Assembly (NCBI GenBank): GCA_029953675.1
Contig: JAMWBK010000003.1
Location: 1,240,001-1,304,000 of the forward strand
DNA: 64,000 bases
Direction: 5' to 3'
Origin: Rhodosorus marinus CCMP1338
Lineage: Eukaryota; Plantae; Rhodophyta
In this document: in pieces, positions 1 through 10,735 of the stretch
Numbering within the stretch: position 1 is the first letter of the stretch
Layout of the letters: every line of letters begins with the position of its first letter
The notes under the pieces: generated by a model
Database searches by the model: none
Told to the model about the DNA's origin: nothing
What the model saw: the letters and a program-made list of their open reading frames with translations, nothing else
Made by a program: the position numbers and the translations under genes

Positions 1-2
1 AT

Positions 3-1244
3 CTCAGCGTTGGACTTGCGATATTCCTGCTTATCGTGGATATGGTTGGTACGGGAGTGCTGAGCGTGCCCAACTCGTTCGCGACACTAGGATGGATACC
101 GGGACATCTTACTCTTGCGTTCTGCTGGATAATCTCGATGTTGGCGGGTGTACTGCTGTGGTACCTGCGATACAAGAAGTACGAAGTGCATTCGTACCCG
201 CAGATGTTCAGCGCTGCCTTCGGGAAGAAGGGGTTGGTGTACGCACGATGCAACATGTACCCGCTCCTGTTCTTGTACACCTCCGCGTTCAGCTACACAC
301 AGGCTCAAGCATGGAGCGCACTTTTTGCTGGATCCCCCGTATCGCTCAAGGAGTGGATGGTAATCGCTGGGTTCGTCTCTCTTGTTGTGCTGCAACTCAG
401 GAGCTTCAAGGCAATGGCGCTCACGTCTATGATCGCCATTGTGACTATCATTGTCCCCGTTGGAATTTCCTTCTTCGTGTTTGCGGACATGGTGAAGGAT
501 CCGGTGGCGTATCCGGTCGGGCCACGCGTGCTGTTTTCGTACTACGGAACATCGGATTGCGTAGTCGCCGCCATGGATATTCTGTACGCTTTTGCCGGTG
601 CCGTCGTGTTCCTGGAGATTATGAGCACGATGAAATGCGTCAAGAATTTTCCATACGCCTTGATTGTTTCTCAGACCTTCGCGTACCTGTTCTACGTGAC
701 TGCTGGTTCTGTAGTGTACGGCCTTGCGGGGGATGCGACGTGGCTGAAATCCCCGTTCACGAACTCGCTTCAGCCGGGAGCTGCTTCGATCGTGGCCAAT
801 GCCTGTATTGTCATTCATGCGTCCATTGCGATCATCGTGACCGGTCAAGTGCTGATTTATGCTTTCCAGAGGGCCGCTGAGCCGTTTGTTAAGCGCATGT
901 TTCTTGGCAGTGACAACGCTCCATACAAGGTTGCACCACTGACGTGCAACAAACCGGCGGCGTTGATGTGGTGGTTGTTGTGGTCGTTCATTGTAATATT
1001 GTTTGCAACCCTTACGAATATTATAATTCCATCTTTCCAGATCTTTCTGGCTCTAATTTCTTCTCTGATTGGCTCCCAGACCACGCTGCTTTGGCCTGCA
1101 ATCATTGATATTCATGCGTTTGCCAAAGTGAGAACGGGAAAGCAACACCTTCTAACTGCGTTTAGCGCGGTATTAGTCACTCTAGGAATTGTAGCTATTG
1201 TATTGGGGCTGTTTGGTGACATTGTTGTTATTATTCAAGAATAG
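3..1244 (+). CDS. Amino acid/auxin permease (AAAP, Aa_trans) family transporter, copy 1; 5' end lies outside the window
   Basis: Frame is open from base 3 to TAG at 1244. It has about 10-11 hydrophobic segments, a TM1 motif DMVGTGVLSVP and AMDILYAFAG...FLEIMS. It is a clear paralog of the ORFs at 6855 and 10860. Confidence 0.9.
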   Translation, partial: LSVGLAIFLLIVDMVGTGVLSVPNSFATLGWIPGHLTLAFCWIISMLAGVLLWYLRYKKYEVHSYPQMFSAAFGKKGLVYARCNMYPLLFLYTSAFSYTQAQAWSALFAGSPVSLKEWMVIAGFVSLVVLQLRSFKAMALTSMIAIVTIIVPVGISFFVFADMVKDPVAYPVGPRVLFSYYGTSDCVVAAMDILYAFAGAVVFLEIMSTMKCVKNFPYALIVSQTFAYLFYVTAGSVVYGLAGDATWLKSPFTNSLQPGAASIVANACIVIHASIAIIVTGQVLIYAFQRAAEPFVKRMFLGSDNAPYKVAPLTCNKPAALMWWLLWSFIVILFATLTNIIIPSFQIFLALISSLIGSQTTLLWPAIIDIHAFAKVRTGKQHLLTAFSAVLVTLGIVAIVLGLFGDIVVIIQE

Positions 1245-2399
1245 GTGTTCATAGATTTTCAAATAAATAAGATATACTAGGCTATAGACTGTCTAATAAA
1301 TAGGGTTGAGACAAGTGGGTCTCTGGTTTTTCGCTGTTTACCACGCAGAAGCGGGTAAACCCACGAAAACAACGGGGCTCAGGAGGGGCCCAGGGATTAA
1401 GTAAAGTCCAGTCCATATAAGTGGGCAATAGGCGATTCCAGTGCTCCCTCCAAAATTCGGTGGGTGGGTAATGAAAAAGTTCACTCACGACTATCACGGC
1501 TCAAGGGTAGAGGGAGGGTTTTCGATTTTCAGAAACGCCCTTTGAGTCGAGCGCGGCCGAGCACGTCCAACAGCGAGGGAAGCTTGGGCGATTGGAAAAC
1601 GGTCCGTTGATAGGATGGGGAAGCAGTTCTGCGGAGGTGGTGAACTAGAGGATAAGGGATCCACAGAGTATGGGTAGAAGAGCTACTTGAGCTCGACTCG
1701 GGCTTGGGAGCATTCCCCAGATTGCAGATGATTAAGTTTCTTGGAGAAAGTGGAATCATCGTTCTTTTCACAAGAATTGGAATGCCAAGGGAGAGTCATG
1801 AAATCGAAGCGGATGCAATCAAGTCCGAACTTGTGAAAATCAAGCCTTTGTGGACCCTTCTTCCATGGACAAGTTTCTGGAGTTCTTTTCTTTGCCTAGA
1901 AGGTATTTATCATCAGTTTATTCAGGGTATTCAATAAAAGCATGACTCCTTAGCTTGTGTGTTTCAAGTTGCACAAGCTTCGGATGCCTTTCTACGAAGT
2001 ATCTGAAATAAAGCGTTCAGCAAGGTCTTCATTAGTCGGAAGAAGCTTTCCGGTTCTGAGCTTGTCCTTTTTTGAACTGGAAATCTGCCTCGTGCGCTCT
2101 TCTGCTTCTTCCGATACTTAGAACACATCTTCGTTGTGATTATGTTCTTGCTCAGTACCGCTGCCCTGCCATGAAGCCTCCAGATGTGATCCTGCTGCTT
2201 GGAAAGGTTCTCACTGGAAACAGTGCTGAGAGGGAGGGAGAATTGTGGATGTCAAGACGGTCTCCTTCACCCGCTCAGCTTCCGCCTCGAAGGAGCTCCA
2301 ATCTTCGGTCGATGTGTCTGCTTCTTTGAACAGCATCCTCAGTTTCGCAACTCCCGCGACTGACAAACAGCCCTGGTGGTTCCCCACTTCACTGTTTCA

Positions 2400-3105
2400 A
2401 TCATAAAAATTCGCTGCGCCTACGATCTGTTCCGAATTGCTGTGTATGTGCGGGCCGCTGATGACCACACACGTTCGCATTCGGCAACATGCGCGCATCT
2501 ACCTATCAAGGTGATGGCCAGATTACTAAGTTCTGGAGCAAATTCAAACCGGAGCTCCCGGAACCCGATCATCTGGCAGATGACATCGTCTCGCCAGAGC
2601 GTCGGCTTGTCAAAGGCCTCCGTCCGCTCGCAGTATTCTGCGAGCTGATTCCGGAGTTTTACTACCGATCAGCTCCGGGATATCCCTCCTTTTCGGTAGC
2701 TGATATCCTAAGATCTTAAGGAAACTCGGCAAACACTGTGCAACTAGCCCGGGTACGAGTTCTCAAACCTACCTTCTCACCTCTGGGTCTTCAACCAGCC
2801 GAAAAGGTAGGTTCTGTACTGCTATAAGCCTTGAAAATTCTGCTTGCTTTCGTTTCTTAGTCGGTGGACAAAAGCCAGTTATGTCCGCTCCCTCGCGCTT
2901 TCCGCTTTTAGAAGCGACGCTTGAATGGCGTGACTCCGGACTTGAACCGGATCTAAAGCTGCCTGCGGGAGCGTCAGCTGCGATCGTGTACTGGTTGCAC
3001 TTCTGCAGGTGCCTCTTCAGGCGTTCAACTTTGTTGAACCGGTAAGTCGCAATGCTTCCAGTTCAGCTTGCCCTTGACCTCGTCGTACTGCAGGTGTTAC
3101 CACGC
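2400..3105 (-). mobile_element. Internally deleted, decayed hAT-family transposase
   Basis: Minus-strand translation across stops and a frameshift gives three hAT segments. BED finger remnant: W*HLQYDEVKGKLNWKHC...RLKRHLQKC (3102-2997). Hermes-like DNA-binding motif: LIAVQNLPFRLVEDP (~2830-2784). Dimerisation domain: LRNQLAEY...W...APELSNLAITLIGRCAHVAECERVWSSAARTYTAIRNR (2670-2420). The catalytic core between the last two is missing. Confidence 0.75.
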
Positions 3106-3199
3106 TAGCACCCTGAAGTTGCAACGCAGCGCATTGTCCTTTCCAAGGGGGCGGCACTCCTACCTGGAGCGGCACCACATAAAAACACACAAGTGCAAA

Positions 3200-3292
3200 A
3201 AAAGTGAGAAAGTGTAAAGTAGAAAGCGTAAAAAGCGAAAAAAGTGTAAAAAGTGTAAAAGTGTAAAGTGCCAAAGGTGTAAAACGCTATAA
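3200..3292. repeat. Cluster of short AA(A)GTGTAAA-like repeats, possibly hAT subterminal motifs
   Basis: About 8 degenerate copies (aagtgagaa, aagtgtaaa, aagcgtaaa, aagtgtaaa x3, aggtgtaaa) lie just 5' of the BED-finger remnant. Confidence 0.6.
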
Positions 3293-3450
3293 ACAGAGAA
3301 AAATGTTTCTTTGCGTGAGGCTGAATGAGTAGCCACGCGAAAGCCGACAAGGTCCGAATAGCGATGGAAACGTCCTCAGATGACGCTTCTCCTGGTTATC
3401 AAATTATTCGTAATTTTAACTTTTTCTCGCACCCAATAATTCCCAAATTG

Positions 3451-5030
3451 CAAATCTCTCTTCCTTCTTCCTCCTTTTTAACTCTCCTCGAGCTAACCCA
3501 GAAAGATGTCACGGTCTGAGGTTCGAAGATAGTCCCTCTGCGCGATCCATTAGAGCACCCACATGTTCAGTCAGAGTCAGCTTTAGGTGGTAATCGCGGA
3601 TATGATTTATTCATCCAGGACGTCGAAGGACGCCTTTTTTCATATAGGAAACAGTTTCATCGCTTCTCCGTGGCAGGTTTATGTCTCGTTCGACTCTCAT
3701 GTTTTCTGTCATTCTCCGAGTAACAAGCGGAGAGTTGGAAAGTCACGCTGGTAAATTAGGTTTATATCCCAAATCTCTCTTCCTTCTTCCTCCTTTTTAA
3801 CTCTCCTCGAGCCAACCCAGAAAGATGTCACGGTCTGAGGTTCGAAGATAGTCCCTCTGCGCGATCCATTAGAGCACCCACATGTTCAGTCAGAGTCAGC
3901 TTTAGGTGGTAAGCGCGGATATGATTTATTCATCCAGAACGTCAAAGGACGCCTTTTCTCATATAGGAAACAGTTTCATCGCTTCTCCGCGGCAGGTTTA
4001 TGTCTCGTTCGACTCTCATGTTTTCTGTCATTCTCCGAGTAACAAAAGGAGAGTTGGAAAGTCACGCTGGTAAATTAGGTTTATATCCCAAATCTCTCTT
4101 CCTTCTTCCTCCTTTTTAACTCTCCTCGAGCCAACCCAGAAAGATGTCACGGTCTGAGGTTCGAAGATAGTCCCTCTGCGCGATCCATTAGAGCACCCAC
4201 ATGTTCAGTCAGAGTCAGCTTTAGGTGGTAATCGCGGATATGATTTATTCATCCAGGACGTCGAAGGACGCCTTTTTTCATATAGGAAACAGTTTCATCG
4301 CTTCTCCGTGGCAGGTTTATGTCTCGTTCGACTCTCATGTTTTCTGTCATTCTCCGAGTAACAAGCGGAGAGTTGGAAAGTCACGCTGGTAAATTAGGTT
4401 TATATCCCAAATCTCTCTTCCTTCTTCCTCCTTTTTAACTCTCCTCGAGCCAACCCAGAAAGATGTCACGGTCTGAGGTTCGAAGATAGTCCCTCTGCGC
4501 GATCCATTAGAGCACCCACATGTTCAGTCAGAGTCAGCTTTAGGTGGTAATCGCGGATATGATTTATTCATCCAGGACGTCAAAGGACGCCTTTTCTCAT
4601 ATAGGAAACAGTTTCATCGCTTCTCCGCGGCAGGTTTATGTCTCGTTCGACTCTCATGTTTCCTGTCATTCTCCGAGTAACAAAAGGAGAGTTGGAAAGT
4701 CACGCTGGTAAATTAGGTTTATATCTCAAATCTCTCTTCCTTCTTCCTCCTTTTTAACTCTCCTCGAGCTAACCCAGAAAGATGTCACGGTCTGAGGTTC
4801 GAAGGTAGTCCCTCTGCGCGATCCATTAGAGCACCCACATGTTCAGTCAGAGTCAGCTTTAGGTGGTAATCGCGGATATGATTTATTCATCCAGAACGTC
4901 AAAGGACGCCTTTTTTCATATAGGAAACAGTTTCATCGCTTCTCCGTGGCAGGTTTTTGTCTCGTACGACTCTCATGTTTTCTGTCATTCTCCGAGTAAC
5001 AAGCGGAGAGTTGGAAAGTCACGCTGGTAA
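3451..5030. repeat. Tandem array of a 319-bp unit, ~5 copies
   Basis: Units start with caaatctctcttcc at 3451, 3770, 4089, 4408 and 4727. Copies differ at only a few positions and the last copy is truncated at about 5030. Confidence 0.98.
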
Positions 5031-5480
5031 CTCCTAACCGAGACGAGAGAAGACGATACCTATCGCTGTTGAGTGCATGGCGAGCCTACTGGAGAACAGA
5101 TCAAATTCCTGTCAAGCTCTCAGAAGCGACGTTCCTTCCATTGTCGAGTGTTAGTAACCGTTGAATAAAATTGTTGTTGATCCGTGGAAGCTTGGGATGT
5201 TCCGCAAGCTAGTTGTTTTCGCACCCATCGACCATTGCCAGGAAATTCTTTTCTCTGATTTTTTCAAGCCAAACCAATCCAAAACGTTGGTACATTTTTT
5301 GGTCGAGTAGCAAGATTGTTCGTCAGTGCGACAGATCGCAGTTGAAGCTTTGGAGTCAGCTTCGGGCCGGCCGTCCCCGCCGTGGAATAAAGATTTCAAG
5401 CATGGATTGGCCAAGCATATTGCATATTGTTATCAGCATCCAAGCAGAGTGGGCCAGTACGATTCGCTGCATGAAGCCGT
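5031..5480 (-). mobile_element. Degenerate ORF remnant, possibly hAT transposase core, contiguous with the array
   Basis: Minus strand gives LDADNNMQYAWPIHA*NL, which resembles the hAT D-N-A-x-N-M / CxxH-LNL region. It also gives FLAMVDG...IQRLLTLD...HALNSDR with several stops. Motif match is weak. Confidence 0.35.
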
Positions 5481-5949
5481 TCTATGAAAACCGCGCCGGA
5501 CAGATACATCCATCTTGACCAATTGTAAAGAGTTCGCTCTCCCCCTCCTTCTTTCACTTTCCTCGGGGTCCCTGACTGAGATCGGTTCTTGCCTTTGCGG
5601 GAGGCTCTGCTCTAGCAGTAGCTCCATCTCCGATTTGGCCCAGATACTGTGAGCTAACACTGTAAAACCCAACAAAAAAAACAACAAACCAAACTCCATC
5701 GCACGTCTCTTAAAACCGAAAATCGATGATGAATGCCAAATGTGAAATATAAAATTTTCAATGTTCAGTATTGTCCAATACAACAGCATTTTATTAATAG
5801 TACCCAATCACGAGCTGAACTCTGAGACTGTAAAGTGTGTTTTTTCAAACTAAAAACTCCTATTCCTATTAATATTCGCGAGCATAGCAATTTTTAAAGA
5901 TAAACTATGTTCGTGCGACGAAGTATGTGCGTACTTTGGAGACTTCAAC

Positions 5950-6130
5950 CTTGCGGGAGAATTGCCGTCAACGACTGATCCACAAAATGGTGGCAAAAAT
6001 CAACTTTTTCTTATAACCCGCAAACGGTAAGCGAAAGTCCACCCCTCTTTTTTCTCTTAGAAGGTTGGACGCGCCTTTGATTGTGTGTGCCTATCGGAGT
6101 CAACCCTATCCTGAAACCATTTAGTGCGCA
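5950..6130. repeat. Dispersed repeat homologous to 14170-14490
   Basis: Colinear shared blocks gcaaaaatcaact, ggta(a)gcgaaagtccaccc, cttagaag(g/c)ttgga, agtcaa(cc/t)cta and catttagtg. Confidence 0.75.
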
Positions 6131-6171
6131 TGGTTTTTTGTCTTGGAATACTGATTGATTAAAAGCGATTT

Positions 6172-6416
6172 CTGCTCTGCCAGTACGAGACGTCGCAAGG
6201 AGTTGAAATATGTGAGGGCTTTTGGCTTCCCCAGGGATTCGTGCTTCGGCTCTAGCTCATCGCCTAGCACATCTTGTGATTGACTGCTTTGGGTTTGTGG
6301 ATTCCGTTGGTTGCGTTGGCTTCGGGAAGTGTCCTGCCAACAAACTGACCGCCTGTCCTCGTCAATTTTTTCCCTCCGTGTCGTTTCTTTCAGTCTCTGA
6401 TTAAAAAAAATTCATT
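6172..6416 (+). mobile_element. 5'-truncated, internally deleted 3' end of a CRE-like RLE retrotransposon
   Basis: Near-matches 13477-13950 and 18163-18585 (gccagtacgagacgtcgcaaggagttgaa...ctctagctcatcgc...LVIDCFG). Ends tttctttcagtctctgattaa followed by ttcatt. Confidence 0.85.
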
Positions 6417-6725
6417 AAATTCTTTCTCTTGTCCTACATAGACGAACTGACGTCAGAACACTTTTGGGGTGGACAATTCAGGGGTTCCTGATTTGTCCGT
6501 TTCCGCTGTACGTTGATCTGTCCTTGGTTGGTTTAACTTAGCAACATGGCCGTACTACGCAGAGGGAACGTGACTACGTACTTCTGACATTTTTCTTTGT
6601 CTTCTATTTGATTTTTCTTCTTCAGTCACGTCCCGCCAAGCTTGGAGGATTGAGAGCCAATTCATGCGACAGCGGAGTTTTTTGCACTGGAGGTGCTGGG
6701 TGTTCTGTGCTTGTGAAGTTGGAGG

Positions 6726-6736
6726 TATAATATAAA
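6726..6736 (+). promoter_or_regulatory. Putative TATA box of transporter copy 2 (paralogous TATAAA at 10736-10741)
   Basis: TATAATATAAA lies about 120 nt upstream of the ATG. The TATAAA core is conserved in the duplicate exactly where high identity begins. Confidence 0.5.
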
Positions 6737-8653
6737 GGATCCAGGACCAGTTGACAGTTGGGAAGGCACGACTAGTGACAGGGCTCAGTGCGGTGTTCAT
6801 TTGGTACTTTGATCAAACTAGTCACTGAGTTGAATGTAGGAAAGACTTGTAAGTATGACAGATTCGTGTGTGGTAGCAACTTCGACTATGGCGGAGGCTT
6901 TGGTTGTCGAGGCATCAACCGAAGACAAGGATGAGTCGAAGCAAAACGTGACAGATGTCAACTCGAACGTGGATAACAGCGCATCTCTCGGTTCAGACAT
7001 GAGTGGGAACATGGACATCGAAGCAGATGAGAAAGAAGGCGATGTGCAGGACAGTGAAGGTGGACACGGAGAGGACTTATCCATTCTCCTTGCGTTTTTC
7101 CTTGTCATCGTGGAGATGGTGGGAAACGGAGTTCTGTCGTTTCCCAATTCATTCGCAACGTTGGGATGGATCCCTGCGCATCTTATTAACGTGTTAGTCG
7201 CAGTGCTTACGATTTGTTCGGGTCTCGCTTTGCATAGGCTACGAACGACCCGCTTTAGTTCCGCGACGAGTTACCCTCAGCTGTTTTTGGGAGTGTTCGG
7301 GAAGAAAGGACTAGTTTTTTCAAGGTGCAATACATACCCGCTTTTGTTCCTGATGGCCTCTGCATTTAACTACACGCAGTCGTCGGCATGGAGCTCTCTT
7401 TTCGCTGGGTCAAGTTTAAGTCTTAAGGAATGGATGGTGATCGCCGGGGCGGTTTCGCTGCTGGTTCTACAAGCGAGGAGCTTCAAGGCCATGGCGTGGA
7501 CGTCGGTCATAGCTATAATGACCATCATTATACCGATTTTCATTTCGTTCGTTGTGATTGGGGACATGGTGAGGAACCCGGATCTGTACCCGGTTGGAAA
7601 CCACGTGCTTTTCTCAGAGTACAGTGTGAGCACCTGCATGGTTGCAGCTATGGATATTGTGTACGCATATTCGGGAATTGTGATCTTCCTCGAGATTATG
7701 AGCTCGATGAAGTACGTGGAGCGATTCAAGTACGTTCTGATCTTGTCCCAGACGTCATGCTGCCTGCTATACGCGCTAGTGGGTTCCGTAGTGTACGGCT
7801 TGGCGGGAGATGCGAACTGGCTACAATCGCCCTACATCGACTCACTTCAGCCTGGTGCGGCGAAGACAGTGAGCATGGTTTGCATCATCATCCATGCGGC
7901 CATTGGAATGCTTCTTGGGGGAAATATTTTCACATACGCTGCACAGCGAGCAATTGAGCCGAGCTTCAAGAGGCTCATCTTCGGAAAGAAGAACGCTCCT
8001 TACAAGGTGGCGCCCCTGACTGCGTTCAAGCCCGCGGCAATGCTATGGTGGTTGTTGTGGACGACAATTCTCATTTTCTTCGTTGTCCTGGTCAACGTGG
8101 CGATTCCGTCTTTCCAGACGTATCTCGGGTTCATTTCGTCGATCCTCGTATCGCAGACCTGCTTCATTTGGCCGGGACTACTGGACCTTAAAGTTTTCCT
8201 GAAGAAGCGAGAGGGCAGGAAGCAGCTACTATCTGCCATAAGTGTGTTCCTGATAGTGATTGGATTCGTTTCCCTTACCTTGGGTCTCTGGGGTGACATT
8301 ACTGAGATCGTAAAATTGTCCAGATGATCAAGCATCTCATGATGACGTGGCTTTGTATTTTGATAATGCGGAAAACTAGTAAGTAGTGACATTTCTTATT
8401 TAATGAGAATAAATCCTGAGTTCTTTTCTTCTATGCATCGGACCCAAATACCATCGGAAGCGACCCAAAACCACCAAACCAAAATATATGGGTTGGTGGT
8501 TTTACTATCGACCCATATATTGTCGTAGTTGAAATTCTAGGATAGGGTATGCTTAAAACAAAACTTCGTTATGGAGCAAAGTTTTCGAAGCACCCGTTCG
8601 GAGAAGTCATTGGACCTCGACGAGAAGCCCGAAGATCGCATTTTACGGAACTG
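6731..8653 (+). repeat. Near-identical duplicated segment, copy A (partner 10736-12656)
   Basis: Offset 4005 bp and about 97.5% identity by eye across 5' leader, CDS and ~330 bp of 3' flank. Confidence 0.97.
6855..8327 (+). CDS. AAAP-family amino acid transporter, copy 2 (490 aa, intronless)
   Basis: Intact ORF with an acidic N-terminal extension, EMVGNGVLSFP TM1 motif and about 11 TM segments. The exact start codon is uncertain. Confidence 0.92.
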   Translation: MTDSCVVATSTMAEALVVEASTEDKDESKQNVTDVNSNVDNSASLGSDMSGNMDIEADEKEGDVQDSEGGHGEDLSILLAFFLVIVEMVGNGVLSFPNSFATLGWIPAHLINVLVAVLTICSGLALHRLRTTRFSSATSYPQLFLGVFGKKGLVFSRCNTYPLLFLMASAFNYTQSSAWSSLFAGSSLSLKEWMVIAGAVSLLVLQARSFKAMAWTSVIAIMTIIIPIFISFVVIGDMVRNPDLYPVGNHVLFSEYSVSTCMVAAMDIVYAYSGIVIFLEIMSSMKYVERFKYVLILSQTSCCLLYALVGSVVYGLAGDANWLQSPYIDSLQPGAAKTVSMVCIIIHAAIGMLLGGNIFTYAAQRAIEPSFKRLIFGKKNAPYKVAPLTAFKPAAMLWWLLWTTILIFFVVLVNVAIPSFQTYLGFISSILVSQTCFIWPGLLDLKVFLKKREGRKQLLSAISVFLIVIGFVSLTLGLWGDITEIVKLSR

Positions 8654-8701
8654 AGCATAACTAACGTGAATATCTGATGAACAACCTCTGCTAAAGTACG
8701 C

Positions 8702-9165
8702 CAATGGATTGCTGATGAGAGTGAGTGACGCCCCAGCGGTACAGCGGGTGGCGGATCTCGTTGTGACTGACCTCAATGCGCGTCGCAGTGAGTACATTGA
8801 CCTCTCCATCCCTTGTCCTCAGGCGACCAGGTACCTGCCTGCGTCGGCTGGGCGTCGAGGAGCTGCAGCTCGGTCCATGCGGCAAGTGAAACATTCGCAG
8901 TACGCGGCAGCGATGTCAAGCCCTACCTTTCGCGATTCGGCGGTGACATACCAGTTCGTCCCCTCATTATTGAGTGCTTTGGCTTGAAAGATAGTGTAGG
9001 TTCTCGCTGGCTGCGAGCTCTGTTTCGCAACGACCCAGGGCGTTTAGATAGTCTGCTCACGGAGCTTTCTTTGACCCTGTGGCGCTCCAATTCTGCTTTG
9101 TTTGTGGACGCGCGTCATCAGCGTCTTGTCTCTCGCTTCTCAGGGTAGTTGGCCTCTGAATAAAC
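8702..9165 (+). mobile_element. 5'-truncated CRE-like retrotransposon RLE domain plus 3' end (subfamily 2)
   Basis: QRVADLVV...YIDLSIPCP...VKHSQY then, after a frameshift, PLIIECFG...RWLRALF...LSLTLWRSNSAL. This is the RxxD...D...K RLE signature. Ends ctctgaataa. Confidence 0.85.
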
Positions 9166-9171
9166 GGATCT

Positions 9172-9265
9172 AATGTGAAACTCTTTCCTAAGAAGGCTAG
9201 CTCATCTGGCATCATGATCGTGTCGGAACATATGCCCGTTTACTAGACTGGTCTCCAAACCTTTG
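9172..9265 (+). repeat. Unidentified dispersed repeat with codon-level conservation (also 12882-12955 and 19345-19430)
   Basis: HDRVG(T/A)Y(A/G)RLxxxxPNL frame. Four synonymous third-position differences separate the 9.2-kb and 19.4-kb copies. Confidence 0.7.
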
Positions 9266-9659
9266 TTTATTTAGTAGGAGTTGCCGTCCGCGGGCAGGTA
9301 TGCTGAGAAAAACCCCATAAAACCAAAAAAAGGAATTAAACCAAATTCATTAAATAAACTAGTTTCGCTCAATTTATCACAAGTGGAGGTTTTACTGTTA
9401 GGAAATGGTCTGGTCAAGCTGCATATCGACCACGGTCCGACGACTAGGATTGCGGACTACGTATCCAAGACTTGTTATGCTAGCTGAAAGAGTTGAGTTG
9501 ATATCCTAGCACATGTCCCGGAAACGTGTTGATGGAATCTATGAAATGCGCAGACCGTAGATAAGAAACAGACGTGTCAAATCGAGACAACCTGTGTAGA
9601 CTCTGAGAAGACTGGCTTTATTAGCATAGCCTACAGCGCTACGCAAACCGTGAAAAGGA

Positions 9660-10099
9660 ACTAAGAACTAGGCAGGGAAGCGTGCAAACCCAGGCGCCGA
9701 TGGCGCCTCGGCGAGCATGCTGCTCGAATATCGCCACAGAGAGACACTTAAGCGCCGCAAAAGTTCCAAGTATTCAACAGGATGCTCAGTGAAACATTTC
9801 CGCAACCACTCCAAACCCGACTTCTCCACGTGACCAAAGCTTTCCACAATGAAAGGCTGGAACCGGTGGGAGCGACCCTCAGCGCGAGGCAGGCTGGCCA
9901 TACTCTCAGCATACCGTCGTTCCTTCACGCGGCGGAGGGCCGAAGCAGCTGCTCCCCGGCGGCGGGCGGCAGCCGTGAGATGGGCGCTTGCCACAGGGCA
10001 TGTAATCGCGAGGTCAACATATGCTGACCGTCTGGCGGCAGCATCGGAGACGAGGAGATCTGCGATACAGCGGGGCGGTGCCCTAGTCAGCAAATTCAC
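9660..10099 (-). mobile_element. 5'-truncated CRE-like retrotransposon RLE domain (subfamily 2)
   Basis: Uninterrupted 143-codon frame RCIADLLV...YVDLAITCP...VKERRY...FIVESFG...LSVSLWRYSSSML. Confidence 0.88.
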
Positions 10100-10100
10100 T

Positions 10101-10140
10101 CAATCCGCTGCAGGCTTTTTTCTTTCAATCTCTGAATGAG
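10101..10140 (+). mobile_element. Isolated ~40-bp 3' tail of the CRE-like element
   Basis: caggcttttttctttcaatctctgaatga matches the family terminus. Confidence 0.65.
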
Positions 10141-10735
10141 GTTACATTTCATCCAATTCGAAAACATAAGTTTTTATACGAAAAAAACAACAATTGAAGG
10201 GGGGGTGGGGTCAACATATCAACCTTCATAAACCCCCAAGGTTTTCAACATGAAGCACTGTCCAATCAAATGGCCTTCTATTTTTGGAACCCGCCCAGGC
10301 GGAGAATTGTTTGCCCCTGACACTTGCGATGCGAATGCCTCTGCTATTCTTAGCCAACTGAAATGCGAGGAGATTGTTTATCGCAAATATTCACCATGGG
10401 CCTGCCGACCCAACCCCAAAGCGTTTTGTTCCAAGGCGGGCACTTCCCACCTGACCCAGTGGAATTCCGCTCTGTTTATTGTACGGTTTACTGAAACGCC
10501 AGGAAATCGTTTATCGTAAATATTTTCCGTGAGTTTGCAGTGGTCAAGATTGGACGGATTGATTAGTTGACATTCGTTTCCCCCCAACCCTTCACTCTAG
10601 TCATAGAAGAAAGGCTGACGCGAGGTGCCTCCCTCCCACTGGTAGATGATGTCACCAGTTGTCATCAATTGAATAGCGTTGTGGTTGTTGTGTTGTGGCG
10701 AGGGGAGTTTCTGTCTGTGGAAGATGGAGGCATGG

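Noticed and set aside
3451-5030. CRISPR array or structural RNA gene array
   Set aside because: Units are near-identical throughout with no unique spacers, there are no cas genes, and I recognise no 5S, snRNA, SRP or spliced-leader motifs.
1301-6108. TAGGGTTGA (1301) and TCAACCCTA (6100-6108) as TIRs of one 4.8-kb hAT element
   Set aside because: The flanking 8-mers do not match (ctaataaa versus tcctgaaa), and homology with the 14.4-kb copy seems to continue past the supposed end.
7430-7957. Alternative-frame and antisense ORFs over the transporters, PPDK, HSP90 and CDPKs
   Set aside because: These are shadow ORFs of real genes with no independent motifs.
9660-10140. Inverted RLE segment abutting a sense 3' tail, resembling twin-priming 5' inversion
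   Set aside because: The inverted piece belongs to subfamily 2 and already carries its own degenerate end (cgcttc...tagtt), while the tail is subfamily 1. Two independent insertions explain it better.
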